NCBI GenBank assembly: GCA_030704615.1
Contig: CM060733.1
Location: forward strand, 38,068,001-38,132,000
Origin: Takakia lepidozioides
Lineage: Eukaryota > Plantae > Bryophyta
Length of the DNA: 64,000 nt
Reading direction: 5' to 3'
Shown: positions 62,823-64,000 of the stretch, in pieces
Layout of the letters: every line of letters begins with the position of its first letter
How positions within the stretch are numbered: position 1 is the first letter of the stretch
Program-made: the position numbers and the translations under genes
Notes under the pieces: generated by a model
The model's database searches: none
Told to the model about the DNA's origin: nothing
Seen by the model: only the letters and a program-made list of their open reading frames with translations

Positions 62823-64000
62823 AATTCTTATTGAATTTCCAGAATTGAGCTGGGGAAGCCCATTCTAGTGAATCCTTCTGCATGTAAGTAAACAGAACCT
62901 CGTATGCTCATGACCAAGGGCAACTAGATGGTATTCATGTACATTTCTTAGTTGCTTTCCCAGGTGTGGTTGTAGGCCCCTCAAATCAGGGCGAAGTAGG
63001 GCTCACCAGCTGTATACATTCCAGCAATCTCAAGTTGGCTGTAAAAGACTAGTTCACATGTAAAGAGAGGGAACTGACAACTAACCCTAGCACAACGCCT
63101 TCTGACTGAAAGAAAGTAACCAAAAAGGTCTTCCAAATGTAGAGAATATTAATGCAGATATATTTCATAATAGCCACCTCTAGATCCACAATAAGGCACA
63201 ATGTTTGGGGAGAAACTTCAAATGTGAGTGACTCCAGTGTTTCATCTGTAAGTATAGATTAAATATACACTATAAAGGTTGGGCACCATTTCATACATTT
63301 CGTTAAAGACTTGAGTGCCGCACCGATAGTTGGACCGGTTGACCTCATGATATACTACATAAGGGTCTACACAGTGCTAGTGGAAATGTTTGTGATGATG
63401 CCTTGTTTAAAAGTTGTATTGTCCTTTCTTGTTTTGGCAAGACAAACCTTATATTCTTACTGTGTTTTCCAGTATACATCGTGGTTGATATACATATCAT
63501 CACTTAATATTTCTTCTTTTTTTTTATAGACTTGGTCTATAACTTATCATTTGGCTTGGATGATTGTGATTCCAGATCGTTGGCAAACATGCACCAGATT
63601 GGGTTGTGGGATTTTCACGATCTTGTCTAGCAGTTGGACAATGAATCAAGAAGAGTGACACACCCTCCACCATGGGCGTCGGTCCACTGAACTCCAACTC
63701 CATCATATCTCCCATCTCCGAGATTCGCAAATGCGAGGGTCGATTCCACTTCGTCGAATGCAGGTGGCACCACGACATGACTGCATCTTGCAACTTCAGG
63801 CGGAAGAGCGATATCGATAGACAACTGGAGGACGAGAGACAAGAGAACCATAAATACCCCAACTTCTGGTTTGTAATGCAATTTCCTCTCTCTGAAACCC
63901 ACAACGGCTATGCGCACAACGGCTATTCTCACATTCTGTACATTTTTTTCAATAAGTCCTGACGCATTTCCACTGTGACATCTTCGTTCTATAGTGTACA

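Noticed and set aside
63524-63962. ORFs of 96-126 aa near the window end
   Set aside because: No recognisable domain, and the context is truncated by the window edge.

Overview
Eukaryotic nuclear DNA from a non-seed land plant with organellar RNA editing; a bryophyte or lycophyte is most likely, and the species cannot be determined from the sequence. Three intact genes are present: a 17-exon PAS-EDR1-Raf kinase of the ANR/ARK type (+, 14854-25595), a 17-exon kinesin-14 (-, 42315-49367), and a PLS-DYW PPR gene (-, 26997-29972). The PPR gene's spliced N-terminus carries an OSB-type 'WWDNR...PDFxHK...EALW' ssDNA-binding motif. A divergently oriented paralogue (+, ~36.5-39.9 kb) has a decayed motif and has lost its DYW domain, and a third PPR stub lies at 50.7 kb. 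The rest of the window is rich in mobile DNA: a complete 366-bp TRIM with tRNA-like cloverleafs in its LTRs; a restriction-like-endonuclease (Dualen-like) LINE with a structured 3' UTR and 10-bp TSD; several 5'-truncated copies of a TCT-targeting LINE; an L1 remnant; two non-autonomous TTAA-TSD DNA elements (piggyBac-like and possibly Kolobok-like); foldback elements, one carrying Crinkler-like cargo; an ~815-bp tandem array; and an unedited nad4L NUMT. Exon boundaries were read by eye from GT(GC)-AG signals and frame continuity. No database searches were run.
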